In this document: positions 10,798 through 20,937 of the stretch, piece after piece
How positions within the stretch are numbered: position 1 is the first letter of the stretch
Layout: the number at the start of each line of letters is the position of its first letter
DNA from: an uncultured delta proteobacterium
GTDB lineage: Bacteria; Desulfobacterota; Binatia; UBA9968
Direction of reading: 5' to 3'
Assembly: GCA_963847445.1 (NCBI GenBank)
Contig: CAWJZV010000009.1
Location: 102,468 to 166,467 of the forward strand
Length of the DNA stretch: 64,000 bases
Translations under genes and position numbers: made by a program
Notes under the pieces: model-generated
The model's database searches: none
Seen by the model: the letters and a program-made list of their open reading frames with translations, nothing else
What the model was told of the DNA's origin: nothing

Positions 10798-12080
10798 AGA
10801 TTTCCGTGGACCAGCTTGCCCAACGGCTGTCGGCGAGCCTCGGTGGCGACTCGATCACTGGCGGGAACACTCTGCTCGCAGAACACGAGGTCGACGGCTT
10901 CACACCGAAGTTGATCTGCGCGCCTGCCACCGCGGAACAGTTAGCCGCTGCTGTGAGGATTTTTTCAGAGGCCCAGGTGACCATCGCGCCCTGGGGTGGT
11001 GGCACGGCGATGAGTTTGGGCAATCCGCCGCGATCCCTTGATGTGGTCACAAAAATCACTCGGCTCAATCAAGTCATCGAACATGATCCCGCCAATCTCA
11101 CGGTAACTGTGCAAAGCGGCATTACGCTCAACGCGCTGCAAAACGTCATCGCTGCGACACAGCAGTTCGTCCCCTTCGATGCACCGTTACCAGAGCGCTC
11201 GACCATCGGCGGCATCGTCGCGGCAAATCTGAACGGGCCGCGGCGCGCAAGTTACGGCAGCGTGCGCGACCTGGTCATCGGCATGAAAGTGGTCCTTGCG
11301 TCAGGCGAGATCGTCAAGGCCGGCGGCAAAGTCGTCAAAAACGTCGCCGGCTATGACATGTGCAAACTCTTCACCGGTTCCCTCGGCACTTTGGCAATCA
11401 TCGCCGAAGTGACCTTGCGAGTGGCGCCGATCCCAGCGAATAGCGCGACCGTCATCGCCATCGGCTCACGAGCACAAGCAGCGGATCTAGCCGGTCAATT
11501 GGCCGGCACGAAATTGCTCCCGACCTCGACCTTTATATTCAACGCTGGTAAAACGGCGCATTGGCAACTGGCGGTTAGTTTCGCCGGCTTTGCCGAGACG
11601 GTTACGCGCCAAGTCAACGATCTGGGCGAGCTGGCGCAGCGACTTGGCATGACTCAAGAAATCGTCGACGGCGAAAGAACACGGCAATACTGGCAAGCGA
11701 TTGCCGACCTACCAGTCAGCCAAGATCGCCTGGTCTATCGCATCACGGTCCCGCGCGGCGCGGTCATGCGAACGATCTCGACAATTGCCGACTGGATAAA
11801 AGGAGAACCGGCACAGACGTTCTGCGCCGATATGGCAATGGGAACGGTCTGGATGGTTTTGCCGGCGAATCGATTGGCGCTTGATTTATTTCCGCGCCTG
11901 ATCACGTTAACCCAACAGCAGCGTGGTCACGCCGTAATATTCACCGCGCCGGCAAAGTTGAAGCAAGCCACCGATGTCTGGGGTCCGGCAACACCCGCCC
12001 ATGCGCTCATGGGGAAAATCAAGCATGAATTCGATCCGGCGGGCCTGCTCAATCCCGGCCGCTTCGTCGGTAATCTGTGA
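10794..12080 (+). CDS. glcE: Glycolate oxidase FAD-binding subunit
   Basis: STIGGIVAANLNGPRR, GGKVVKNVAGYDMCKL, FDPAGLLNPGRF. Confidence 0.88.
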   Translation: MKISVDQLAQRLSASLGGDSITGGNTLLAEHEVDGFTPKLICAPATAEQLAAAVRIFSEAQVTIAPWGGGTAMSLGNPPRSLDVVTKITRLNQVIEHDPANLTVTVQSGITLNALQNVIAATQQFVPFDAPLPERSTIGGIVAANLNGPRRASYGSVRDLVIGMKVVLASGEIVKAGGKVVKNVAGYDMCKLFTGSLGTLAIIAEVTLRVAPIPANSATVIAIGSRAQAADLAGQLAGTKLLPTSTFIFNAGKTAHWQLAVSFAGFAETVTRQVNDLGELAQRLGMTQEIVDGERTRQYWQAIADLPVSQDRLVYRITVPRGAVMRTISTIADWIKGEPAQTFCADMAMGTVWMVLPANRLALDLFPRLITLTQQQRGHAVIFTAPAKLKQATDVWGPATPAHALMGKIKHEFDPAGLLNPGRFVGNL

Positions 12081-12183
12081 TAACGGAACTGTTCAATCTC
12101 ACCACGAAGTGTCCATGAGCTTGCGCTCGCCTACAGAGCATGAAAATGGTGGGCATTCCCAGAACATGCTCCCGTGCTCGATT

Positions 12184-12262
12184 CGTCATTCCCGCGCACG
12201 CGGGAATCCAGGTTTGTTCTGCGCCGAATTAGCCTGGATGCCCGCTTTCGCGGGTATGACGG
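12184..12262. repeat. REP-like palindromic doublet
   Basis: cgtcattcccgcgcacgcgggaatccag...ctggatgcccgctttcgcgggtatgacg, two hairpins in inverted orientation. Confidence 0.7.
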
Positions 12263-12428
12263 AGCCCCGGAGGCTCTTCGTAGTGCATATCATCCCCTCA
12301 CATGTATTTTCGAAGGAGATCACGAAGGTGTCGGATAATTATTACTCCGACCTTCCTGTCCTTCGTGTCCTTCGTGGTGAACAACATCTTTGCATCTACT
12401 TCAGAATTCCCGTTCCAACGCTCGCAAC

Positions 12429-12932
12429 TTAGAAAAACCGCACCACCCAAGCGCTTAACCAGTTGTCGACACCATAAGCTGCGCTGCCTTTGATGGCGAA
12501 GTAGACCGCCGCGATCAGAAACACCAAGTTGTCGCGCAGGCCGACTTCGTGGGCATGATAAGATTGTCGGTCGAAGGAACGAAAGTAGCCTTGGGCTTTT
12601 TCATCTTTGATCGCCGCCTGGACCACCGGCACCATGGTCGGCAGGACTTTCAACCAATGCCAGTGAAGCCCGAAAGTCGGGATGAGGAATACGATAATCA
12701 TCGCCGCGCAGATCGGGGTCTGAATTCCCGCCGCCAGTCCGAACCCGCCGACGACCATTAAAAAGGTCGCCATGAATCCGAAAAAAACCGCTCCGTTGGG
12801 AAAGAGAATGCTGGCCGTGGTCACCGGATTGGGCCAGCGAATCACATTGCTGATGCCGCTGATCAACATGCGCCAGCCCAAAATCGCCCGCAGCAGCGCC
12901 TCCGCGAGTAGAACCAGTGTTGGGTTTTCCAA
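12429..12932 (-). CDS. DoxX family membrane protein
   Basis: LLRAILG, GGFGLAAG, FLIPTFGLH, DNL, GSAAYGVD pattern; hydrophobic helices. Confidence 0.7.
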   Translation of the reverse strand: MENPTLVLLAEALLRAILGWRMLISGISNVIRWPNPVTTASILFPNGAVFFGFMATFLMVVGGFGLAAGIQTPICAAMIIVFLIPTFGLHWHWLKVLPTMVPVVQAAIKDEKAQGYFRSFDRQSYHAHEVGLRDNLVFLIAAVYFAIKGSAAYGVDNWLSAWVVRFF

Positions 12933-13171
12933 AGTGCACCGCCTCGTGAAACCAGGATAAGAAATTTCGCCGCACTATAGTCACCTTGGGCATTACCGTC
13001 AAATAGCGGGCACTAAAGGACCATAAACGGCCAGCCGTGCTCGCCGCCGGTCGATTATCCGAACGGCGCCACCAGTCACAAAGTTGTAGAACTGTTTGTC
13101 AAATGACTCAAAACGGTTTACTTCTACCAAGAAAGTTCTTTAATATGCGACCTGTCAAACGGTTGGCATGG

Positions 13172-13187
13172 TGGCATGTCGGTTGCT
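13172..13187 (+). promoter_or_regulatory. Sigma54 (-24/-12) promoter
   Basis: TGGCAT-gtcgg-TTGCT matches TGGCAC-N5-TTGCW with correct spacing, ~37 nt before ATG 13224. Confidence 0.65.
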
Positions 13188-13223
13188 CATATACAGGCTG
13201 GCGCTAACAAAAAGGAGGTGACG

Positions 13224-14492
13224 ATGAAACAATTGTCACTTTGGCTACTGACCCTTTTCCTATCTCACCTGGCGTTCCTGCCAGCTCAGGCAATGGCCCA
13301 GGCGAGTCTATCCACGGCCAGTCCTTTCCCGGTGCCGGCAGGTCTGGAACCGGCGATCGAGTTTTGGAAAAAAATCTTCACTCAATACGGCTTGAATCAG
13401 TTGGTCTACTTCGATCCGCTCGACATGAGCAAGATCTACGAAGTCGTCGAGGTTGGCGAAGATAGCCGCTCCAATCAGTATATCGACGACGAAAGGTCGC
13501 GCATCGCCGCCGCCAACGACGTCGATATGGATCGGGTCAGAGCCCAACGCGGCGTGCGCGAACGCACCGCGGACGGCTTGAAACGCGCGGGCCGCTATCT
13601 CGCGCAAATGCAGCAAGTATTCATCGACCGCGGCTTACCGCCCGAACTGACGTTTCTTGCCGGTGGTCGAATCCTCCTACGACATGAGCGCCCGTTCCTC
13701 CGTCGGCGCCCTCGGTATGTGGCAATTCATGCCGGCCACCGGGCAAAAGCTACATGCGCGTCGACCGACTGATCGACGAACGCAGAGATCCCATGGAATC
13801 TACTCGCGGCGCGGCAGCTTATTTGGATCAGGCCTATGGATATCTGGGCAGCTGGCCCTTAGCGATTACTTCATACAACTACGGCCAAGCCGGCATGGCG
13901 CGAGCCGTGGCGGAAGTCGGTTCGAGCAATTTGGTCGACTTGATCGAGCGCTACAATCATCCCTACTGGGGCTTTCCCCCGAAACAGTTTTATGCCGAAT
14001 TTCTCGCCGCCGTGGAAATCGGCAAGAACTTCCAGCAATACTTTCCCGGGATCGAACAGGACGCGCCGCGAAAAATTCAGGAAGTAGCCCTGGCAAAAAA
14101 TACATCGCTGGGCACGGCGATTAGGTCTACCGGCCTCAGCCAGGAAGAATTCATGCAGTGGAACCCCGCCCTATCGGCCAACATTCGCGTTCTGCCAGCC
14201 GGTTATCGCGTAAAGGTACCAGCAGACCGATCTGTTGAGCCCATCGTAGAAGTCGCCCAAGTGAACTATCAAGCGCCGGCCGCCGCACCGCGCCGGATGG
14301 CGTCGACGCGGCCTCAGCAACAACAAACAGCCGAAGGCTCAGGTCATCCATCACCGCGTGCTGCGCGGCGAGACGCTGATCCAGATCGCCCAGCGATATG
14401 GGGCTTCGGTTCAGCGAATTCTGCAGGCGAACGGAATTCGCAAGGCGCACCTGGTAAGAGCTGGGACCACCTTGCGCATTCCAACTATCTAG
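13224..14492 (+). CDS. MltD-like lytic transglycosylase with C-terminal LysM domain (split by ~3 frameshifts)
   Basis: Signal peptide; PVVESSY (catalytic Glu), ALGMWQFM, DERRDP, AITSYNYG; last frame reads HRVLRGETLIQIAQRYGASVQRILQANGI...LRIP (LysM). Confidence 0.85.
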
Positions 14493-14523
14493 ATCTAATC
14501 CGTCATCATTGGGTATCTCTCGT

Positions 14524-14559
14524 GACCAGGCCGAGCCAAAAAACTGGCTCGGCCTGGTC
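14524..14559. terminator. Perfect 15-bp stem hairpin after the transglycosylase gene
   Basis: gaccaggccgagcca-aaaaac-tggctcggcctggtc. Confidence 0.6.
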
Positions 14560-14612
14560 GCATCAAGCCATTGCGTATTGGTACCTCCATACCCTGTCTT
14601 CGCGGCGACACG

Positions 14613-14642
14613 TTGACAAGCTTTTGCATCGCCGATTATAGT
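14613..14642 (+). promoter_or_regulatory. Putative sigma70 promoter (TTGACA-18-TATAGT), likely leaderless
   Basis: Near-consensus -35/-10; GTG start 7 nt after the -10. Confidence 0.55.
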
Positions 14643-14649
14643 CGCCTCC

Positions 14650-15611
14650 GTGAAACCATCGTCACGGAACTCAATCCTTTACGCGCTGTTGGTTCTAATA
14701 TTCGGGGCTTCCGTCCATGCCCAAGAGCAGCGCAAAGTGCGCCTGGCCTATTCGGCCTTTAGCGTTTCATTTCTTAAATTTATTCGTCGCCCGCGACGCC
14801 GGTTTGTTCAAAAAATATGGACTTAGAACCGGAACTGATCCAGATGGCCGGACCGTTGCCGGTGGCCGCCCTCGCCTCCGGTGAGATCGATTTCCTCACC
14901 GGCTATACCACCGGCATCATCGCCACGGGCCAAGGCGCGCCGCTCAAGGGCATCCTGATCGCCCTGCGCAAACCGCCTTTTTACGTCGTCGCCGAGCCCG
15001 GCATCCAACGCATCAACGATCTCGCCGGAAAACGCATCGGCGTCGATCGCATCGGCAGTTTGCAGCACCTGGTCGTCCGTCTGCTCATGCGCAGCAAAGG
15101 CGCCGATCCCGAGAAGGCGATCTTTACCCAGACCGGTTCGGTGTCGAATACTGTGAGCAGCTTGGGCCAGGGCGCGGTGTCAGCGGCAGTGTTGTCGGGA
15201 CCGCACAACGTCATCATGGGACAAAAAGGCTTTCGCCAAGTCGGCGCCGCGGACGAGTTGCCGATGCAGTTTCCCACCAGCGGCTTGGTCGTAAATGAAA
15301 GCAAATTGAAGAGCGACGCCGCGCGCATCAAGAATGTCATCCGGGTCATGCTCGATGCCTCGGCGTTCTGCCGCAAAGAGCGAACCTGGATGGTCAATTA
15401 CATCCGCGACAAGTGGAAGGTCGAGCAAAAAACCGCCGAGACCGTCTACGACCAGTGGCTGGGAATCCTCACGCCGGATGGTAAGATCGGTATCAAAGAC
15501 ATGCAGGAGTATTTCGACCTGGCGTATAACCAGAAACAGATTCCCGCGCCGGTCAACGTCGCCGCGGTCACCGACTACACCTTGATCGATCAAGTGTTGG
15601 CGGGAAAATAA
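14650..15611 (+). CDS. SsuA/NMT1-like substrate-binding protein (N-terminal frameshifts)
   Basis: Signal peptide ending VHA-QEQRKVRLAYSAFS; ARDAGLFKKYGL; ALASGEIDF; DLAGKRIGV. Confidence 0.8.
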
Positions 15612-15687
15612 GTTTCAGTTAGTCAGTTCCGGGTTCAGTCGAACTCGAAACTCTAGACACCAGTACTGACTCACAGAGGAGCATTTA

Positions 15688-16359
15688 ATGGTAGACGGCA
15701 AAGCACTCGTCGATTCGGTTCGCAAAGAAATCATCGAACCCGGCATCCAGAGTTTGATGAACACCCAGTATTTCACCGAGCTGCGCCAGGGCAAGTTATC
15801 GGTCAGGCGAATGCAAGGCTGGGCGATCCAGCATTATCTGCACAACAAGGCGATTCTGAAATCCTTTGCCCTCGGCATGGTCAAGAATGCCCACGAACCG
15901 ATCATGTTCGACTACTTCACCGAACAGTTCACCGAAGAGCAGACGCACCCCGACTTGGCCAAGCGCTTTGGCCTCGCCCTCGGTTTGAAAGAAGAAGACT
16001 TCACCGAGGCGACGCAGATGTTCGAGTGCCAGATTCACTCGGCGCGCACGGTCTACAACACGCTGATGGGCTACGCGCCGCAAAACCGCGCCTCGGCGCT
16101 GACCAGCGAGAGCATGGTCTGCCGCTACTCGGAGGAGTTTTTGAACGCCGGGCGCAAGCACTACGGCCTGTCGGATCGCGATCTGACCTTCTTCAGCGTC
16201 CACATGGTCGCCGACCAGGATCACACCGCGCGCTCGGCGGAATTGATTGCCCGCATGGTCAAGACACCGCGCGAAGAGCGTCTGGTGCGCGAAAGCGCCC
16301 AGTACATGGTGCGCATCAAGCTCGGCAAATTCGACGGCCTTTATCGCGAGTACGCGTAG
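15688..16359 (+). CDS. Heme-oxygenase-like diiron enzyme (TenA/PqqC/CADD family)
   Basis: EEQTH and FFSVHMVADQDH match the E..H / H...D..H diiron ligand pattern; GAGGAG RBS. Confidence 0.75.
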   Translation: MVDGKALVDSVRKEIIEPGIQSLMNTQYFTELRQGKLSVRRMQGWAIQHYLHNKAILKSFALGMVKNAHEPIMFDYFTEQFTEEQTHPDLAKRFGLALGLKEEDFTEATQMFECQIHSARTVYNTLMGYAPQNRASALTSESMVCRYSEEFLNAGRKHYGLSDRDLTFFSVHMVADQDHTARSAELIARMVKTPREERLVRESAQYMVRIKLGKFDGLYREYA

Positions 16360-16467
16360 GGAGTTGCAATTGAGTCATTCGCCATTCCGGGCAGAGCTGG
16401 CGATAGCTGGCACGACCACGGAATCGCAGGCGTGAGACGGGGGGGATTGATCTTCAGAATTGTCCGT

Positions 16468-17246
16468 TCATGCCGGCTTGATGAAGCATTCCGAGAAGTT
16501 TTTCAGCAGAATCGCAGACTTGGTTTGCGAGTACTTGCCGGCAATTGACGGCGGCCTAACTGCTAGCGCTGTCGCCTCGATCTCCACCAAATATTTTTCA
16601 CCGGCAAAGCCGTCGACGAAACGTAAACTCGATCTCCGGCACGCTCAGCCGGTTGGCGGCCGCAAGCGACCTGCCTCGCCTCGTCGACAATCGGAACCGC
16701 GTTGCAGCAGCAGCGATAGTTTTTTCACTTTCGACCAGTCGGTTTTCGCCCGTGCGAAGGCGTTATCCAAAGTGCCAAGCACATCCTTGACTCTGCTGCG
16801 CCAAGGGTCGCCGCCTCGGAAGTGAAGCCGGAGAAAAATAGCAGCGCATCGTATTCAAGATAGCAGAGATAATTGCGCGCCGGCTCGAAGTCGACGGGCT
16901 TGCGTTGCGCCGCCGCATTCAAAGGCCGCAGCGCCAGCAGTTCCAATCCAGCCGGAGCCGGCGTGAATCGAACCATACCTGCGAGATGAAACTCGAACTG
17001 GCGGCACGGCCGCTGCCGCTGAGAATTTTTGACCGGGCCAGCGTCGCGTCCGTGCGCGCCTGGCGATCCCGGCCGAAGACGCGAATGCGCGCTGTGTTCT
17101 CGAGCGACAAGTCATTGGTTTTGAGCGCCGCTTCGAATCTTTCGAACAAGTTCCGCCGTCGTGCTTTCCACCGATGCGCCGGCTTGCGCCTCACCGGAGA
17201 TTTCGACAAACTCGCGCCCTAACCAAGAAAAGATCTTTGTTTCCAT
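16468..17246 (-). CDS. Two-domain RidA/YjgF-like protein, heavily frameshifted
   Basis: Joined frames: LSLENTARIRVFGRDR...LLFFSGFTS...KTDWSKVKK...EKYLVEIEATA (typical Rid-fold C-terminus); 3' end uncertain. Confidence 0.55.
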
Positions 17247-17379
17247 AGTGGCCGTAACATACTGCAACGCGGCGGCCGAGACAAAGCCATTTTTTTCTTT
17301 CCACGAAGCGGTCAGGGATGGGTTGAGCCCTACGGCGGGGCTCAGGACAGACTCCGCGATGCCCATCATTTCCAGTGGT

Positions 17380-17442
17380 GGGTATCGCGCGGCGCCTCCA
17401 CCCACCCTACGACCTGTCATTTCGAGCGGAGCGAGAAATCTT
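17380..17442. repeat. REP-like hairpin cluster
   Basis: ...ccaccctac followed by gtcatttcgagcggagcgagaaatct; the same hairpin recurs at ~25906. Confidence 0.55.
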
Positions 17443-17551
17443 TTCCACTCCAGGCACCGAAACCAAAATCAAGCGCCGCTCTACCCGCCCGCCTTGCGTT
17501 TGCCCGTCTGTTTGGCATATCTGGCTTAAACCGTCTCGAAGGGAAGATTCG

Positions 17552-18511
17552 ATGCCAGCGCCACAACCTCACTGCCGTAGCATTCGCACTTCTTGTTTCA
17601 TTGTTAGTGAAAACATCCGTCGTCGCCCAGCCCACCAAGATCCGCGTCGCCTCCACCGCCGCCACCAGCACGGAGAAAGTCGCCTTCGCCTTGGCCAAGG
17701 AAGCCGGCATTCTCAAAAAACACAACTTGGAATCTGGAAGTCATTCTGATCACCGGCGGCCCGGTGGCGATGCAGGCCTTGCTGGCGAAAAGCCTCGACA
17801 TCATTACTACCAGCGCCACGGTGTTTCTCCACGGCTTCGTCGAAGGCGCCGACGTGAAGATCGTCGGCGGCGTCAACAACCGCTTTCCTTACACTTTCTT
17901 TACGCGACCTAACATTACGACTCCGGCACAGCTCAAAGGCAAAGTCATCGGCATCACGCGTTACGGCAGCACCGATGAGCTGGCGACCAGGATGGCGCTG
18001 GAACAGTTCGGCTTGAATGCAAAGAACGACGTCAAATTCATCCAAGGCGGCGGCTCGGCGGGACGAATCAACGCGCTCCAGGCCGGCAGTATCGACGGGA
18101 CATCGTTGATCTCCGGGGTCAGCCATGTGGCGAGGAAGGCCGGCATGAATCCCATGCTCGACTTCGCCGAGAAAGAGATCGACTATCAAATGACCGGCGT
18201 CGTCGCCCGCGGCGATTACTTGAAGAGTAATCCCGATGCGCTTCGGCGCTTCCTGCGCGCCTACGTCGAATCGATCCGCTACTATAAGAACAATCGCACC
18301 GACGCGATCAAGGAAACCATGAAAGCGATCCGCACCGACGACCGCCAACTCGCCGAGGCGGACTACAACTTCCGCGCCCGCGCCTTCCCCGACGACGGCA
18401 AACCGACGTCTGAAGGGAATCCAGCTGGCAATCGACGAACTGGCCAAAGAAAATCCCAAAGCCAAGAACGTCACGCCGCAACAGGTGATCGATCTGAGTT
18501 TCTTGCCGTAA
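17552..18511 (+). CDS. SsuA/NMT1-like substrate-binding protein (frameshifted)
   Basis: AQPTKIRVAS, AKEAGILKKHNL, QLKGKVIGITRYGS, ALQAGSIDG; ends VIDLSFLP*. Confidence 0.8.
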
Positions 18512-18553
18512 GTTCGCATGAACCGATTAGTTGTGATGCACTCAGTGGTTGCA

Positions 18554-18580
18554 CCGTTCGTCCTGAGCTTGTCGAAGGAC
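18554..18580 (+). repeat. REP-like hairpin
   Basis: ccgttcgtcctgagcttgtcgaaggac; same family as the in-frame insert at 55950. Confidence 0.55.
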
Positions 18581-18626
18581 TCCGATACAGTTTTCATCGA
18601 GACGCGAATTTGAAAAGGATAAAATC

Positions 18627-19528
18627 ATGAGCAATCCAACCATCGGTTTCATCGGTCTCGGCATCATGGGCAAACCCATGGCGCGCCATCTGTTCAAAGC
18701 GGGTTATCCGCTGGTGATTCACAACCGCAGCCGCGCGGCGGTGGATGAACTGAGCCAAAGAAGGCGCACAACCAGCGGCGAATTCGCAAGAAGTCGCCCA
18801 GCACAGCGAGGTCATCATCACCATGCTGCCCGACTCGCCGGATGTCGAACTGGTCTACGCCGGCGAGCGCGGCATCTTCGCCGGTGTGAAATCCGGCACG
18901 CTGTTAATCGACATGTCGAGCATTTCGCCGGTCGTCGCCCGCAAGCTCGCAGCTGAAGCGGAAAAACGCGGCTGCGACATGCTCGACGCACCGGTGAGCG
19001 GCGGCGAAGCCGGCGCGATCAACGCAGCGTTATCGATCATGATCGGCGGCAAGAACAGTGCCGTCGAGCGCGCCATGCCGATCTTCGAAAAGCTCGGCAA
19101 GAACATCGTCCACGTCGGCGATGCCGGCGCTGGGCAGGTAACCAAAGCGGCGAACCAAATGGTCGTTGGCACGACCATCGCCATCGTCAGCGAAGCGCTC
19201 GTGCTTGCGGCGAAGGCCGGCGTCGATCCGGCGAAAGTAAGACAAGCGCTGCTCGGCGGCTTCGCCCAATCGAAAGTCCTCGAAGCCCATGGGCAGAAAA
19301 TGCTGGATCGCAACTTCAAACCCGGCTTCCGCATCCGCCTGCACGAGAAAGACATGAAGATCGCCCTGGCGACCGGCTCAGAATACGGCGTACCGCTCAT
19401 GGTCACCGGCGTCGTCGGCCAAATGATGACCGCCATGAAAGGCATGGGCAACGGTGACTTGGATCACGCCGGCGCTGGTAAAGTTCGTCGAGGAGTTAGC
19501 AAAGATCGAGTTAGTTCAGAAACCCTGA
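18627..19528 (+). CDS. garR: 2-hydroxy-3-oxopropionate (tartronate semialdehyde) reductase, frameshifted twice
   Basis: IGFIGLGIMGKPMA, DAPVSGG, GAGQVTKAANQ, GGFAQSKVLE, FKPGFRIRLHEKDM. Confidence 0.82.
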
Positions 19529-19552
19529 CCTCTCAGTGATTCCGCTGAGCGA

Positions 19553-19854
19553 ACTGGGTGCCTTATCTGCTGCATTCGTTCAAACGACAATTCCGCGAAC
19601 AGTGGAAGTTCTCTTCGACCGAAGACCTGTTCCGCGAATTTCGCATTTTTATCGCCTGCGAAGCTGGCGAGAACCTACCGGTCATCGTCGACTGCATCGG
19701 TGAAGACAATCTGGTGATCGGCTCGGACTACGGCCACAACGATCCCTTTGAACAGCGCAACCTGTTACCGACGCTAAAATCGCTCACCAGTATACCAAGC
19801 CGCGTCGTCGACAAAATGGTGCGCGATAATCCCTGCGAGCTCTATAGTCTGTGA
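19553..19854 (+). pseudogene. C-terminal fragment of an amidohydrolase family 2 gene
   Basis: WVPY...IGSDYGHNDP...NPCELY aligns with the C-terminal third of 22472..23566; no N-terminal part. Confidence 0.75.
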
Positions 19855-20350
19855 GCTGATTGGGGGGGCGCTGACCATGGCGGCAAATTGGCCGATCGCC
19901 AACTAACGCAATTGGCTTGGCGTCCATAGGTTGAACTTACCGTCCCTACTCAACGATCTCGTTTCTGTGCGAATTCAAACTCTACTCCGTTATCCGTCCT
20001 CCGACAATTTGCCCGCCTGTTCGCCCTTCTTCGTTAGTCTTGCGCGGTCGGCGGCTCATGACCTGGCCGGCGCAGCCTGAGATTTTCACTTGTGAAATTT
20101 ACTGCGAATCGCAGAGATAAAGCGGAACGCTTTTCGGCCAGCGTGCGCAATATTGTTCGCTGAAAGCGGCAAACAAGTCCTTACAAGTCCGGCTGGGGGA
20201 TTGAAAATTACCGGACTTCATTTCGCAACTAGTGATAATTGAAGCTGAATTGGTTCACTTTGCCGGCCTTGTCAGTGGCGGAGAAAAGACTTCACTTGTG
20301 GCCGCAGCCTTGCGTTAAGAATTGCCAGCATTTTAGCATGGAGGGAACTC

Positions 20351-20848
20351 ATGAAAAAAATCATTGTCCTGCTTATCATGTTGCTCTGCGCCACGGTCAT
20401 GCCAACAGCGCCGTCACATGGCAACGAATTCAAAGAACGGGAGGTCAAAATCGCCCAGTACAAGAAATGGCTCGATACGCTCGGCCCTCGAGGTTCACAG
20501 TATTGGCTGCGGCTCGATTCCACACGCCGTCCCCATCGTTTGTACTTGGGCGAGGCTTTTCGCCGTGCCGATGCGCAAAGCCAAGAGCAATTCATCGACA
20601 AGTACTCCAATTACCTCGCCGGCCATCCAGAAAAATTCATGCTGATCGATCTCTTCGACGCCGACACCAGTAAACTCGTCGGCGAATACGGCTTTGGCGG
20701 TTTCAAGATGTATATCCAGGCATCGCCTGACTCTGACAGTGTAAAAATAGACGCCACCGATACGCCAATGAAGGCGGGCGGTGGCAACGGTATGGTTGTA
20801 ACTCGGCATCAAGATGCCGCTGGGCATGTCGCGAGTTCGAATAAGTGA
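20351..20848 (+). CDS. Secreted hypothetical protein
   Basis: GGAGGG RBS, MKK-hydrophobic signal peptide, no recognisable domain. Confidence 0.7.
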   Translation: MKKIIVLLIMLLCATVMPTAPSHGNEFKEREVKIAQYKKWLDTLGPRGSQYWLRLDSTRRPHRLYLGEAFRRADAQSQEQFIDKYSNYLAGHPEKFMLIDLFDADTSKLVGEYGFGGFKMYIQASPDSDSVKIDATDTPMKAGGGNGMVVTRHQDAAGHVASSNK

Positions 20849-20937
20849 TTGCAGATCTTAAAAGTTCATGTTGGCCAGGGATGATAGAAAACGCCAGCGC
20901 GATTGTTCATCCGCAGTCTTCCGCCTTAACTTAGTTA

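Noticed and set aside
977-19528. Programmed ribosomal frameshifting in split genes
   Set aside because: The shifts are scattered in ordinary enzymes, often at short homopolymers, which fits sequencing error.
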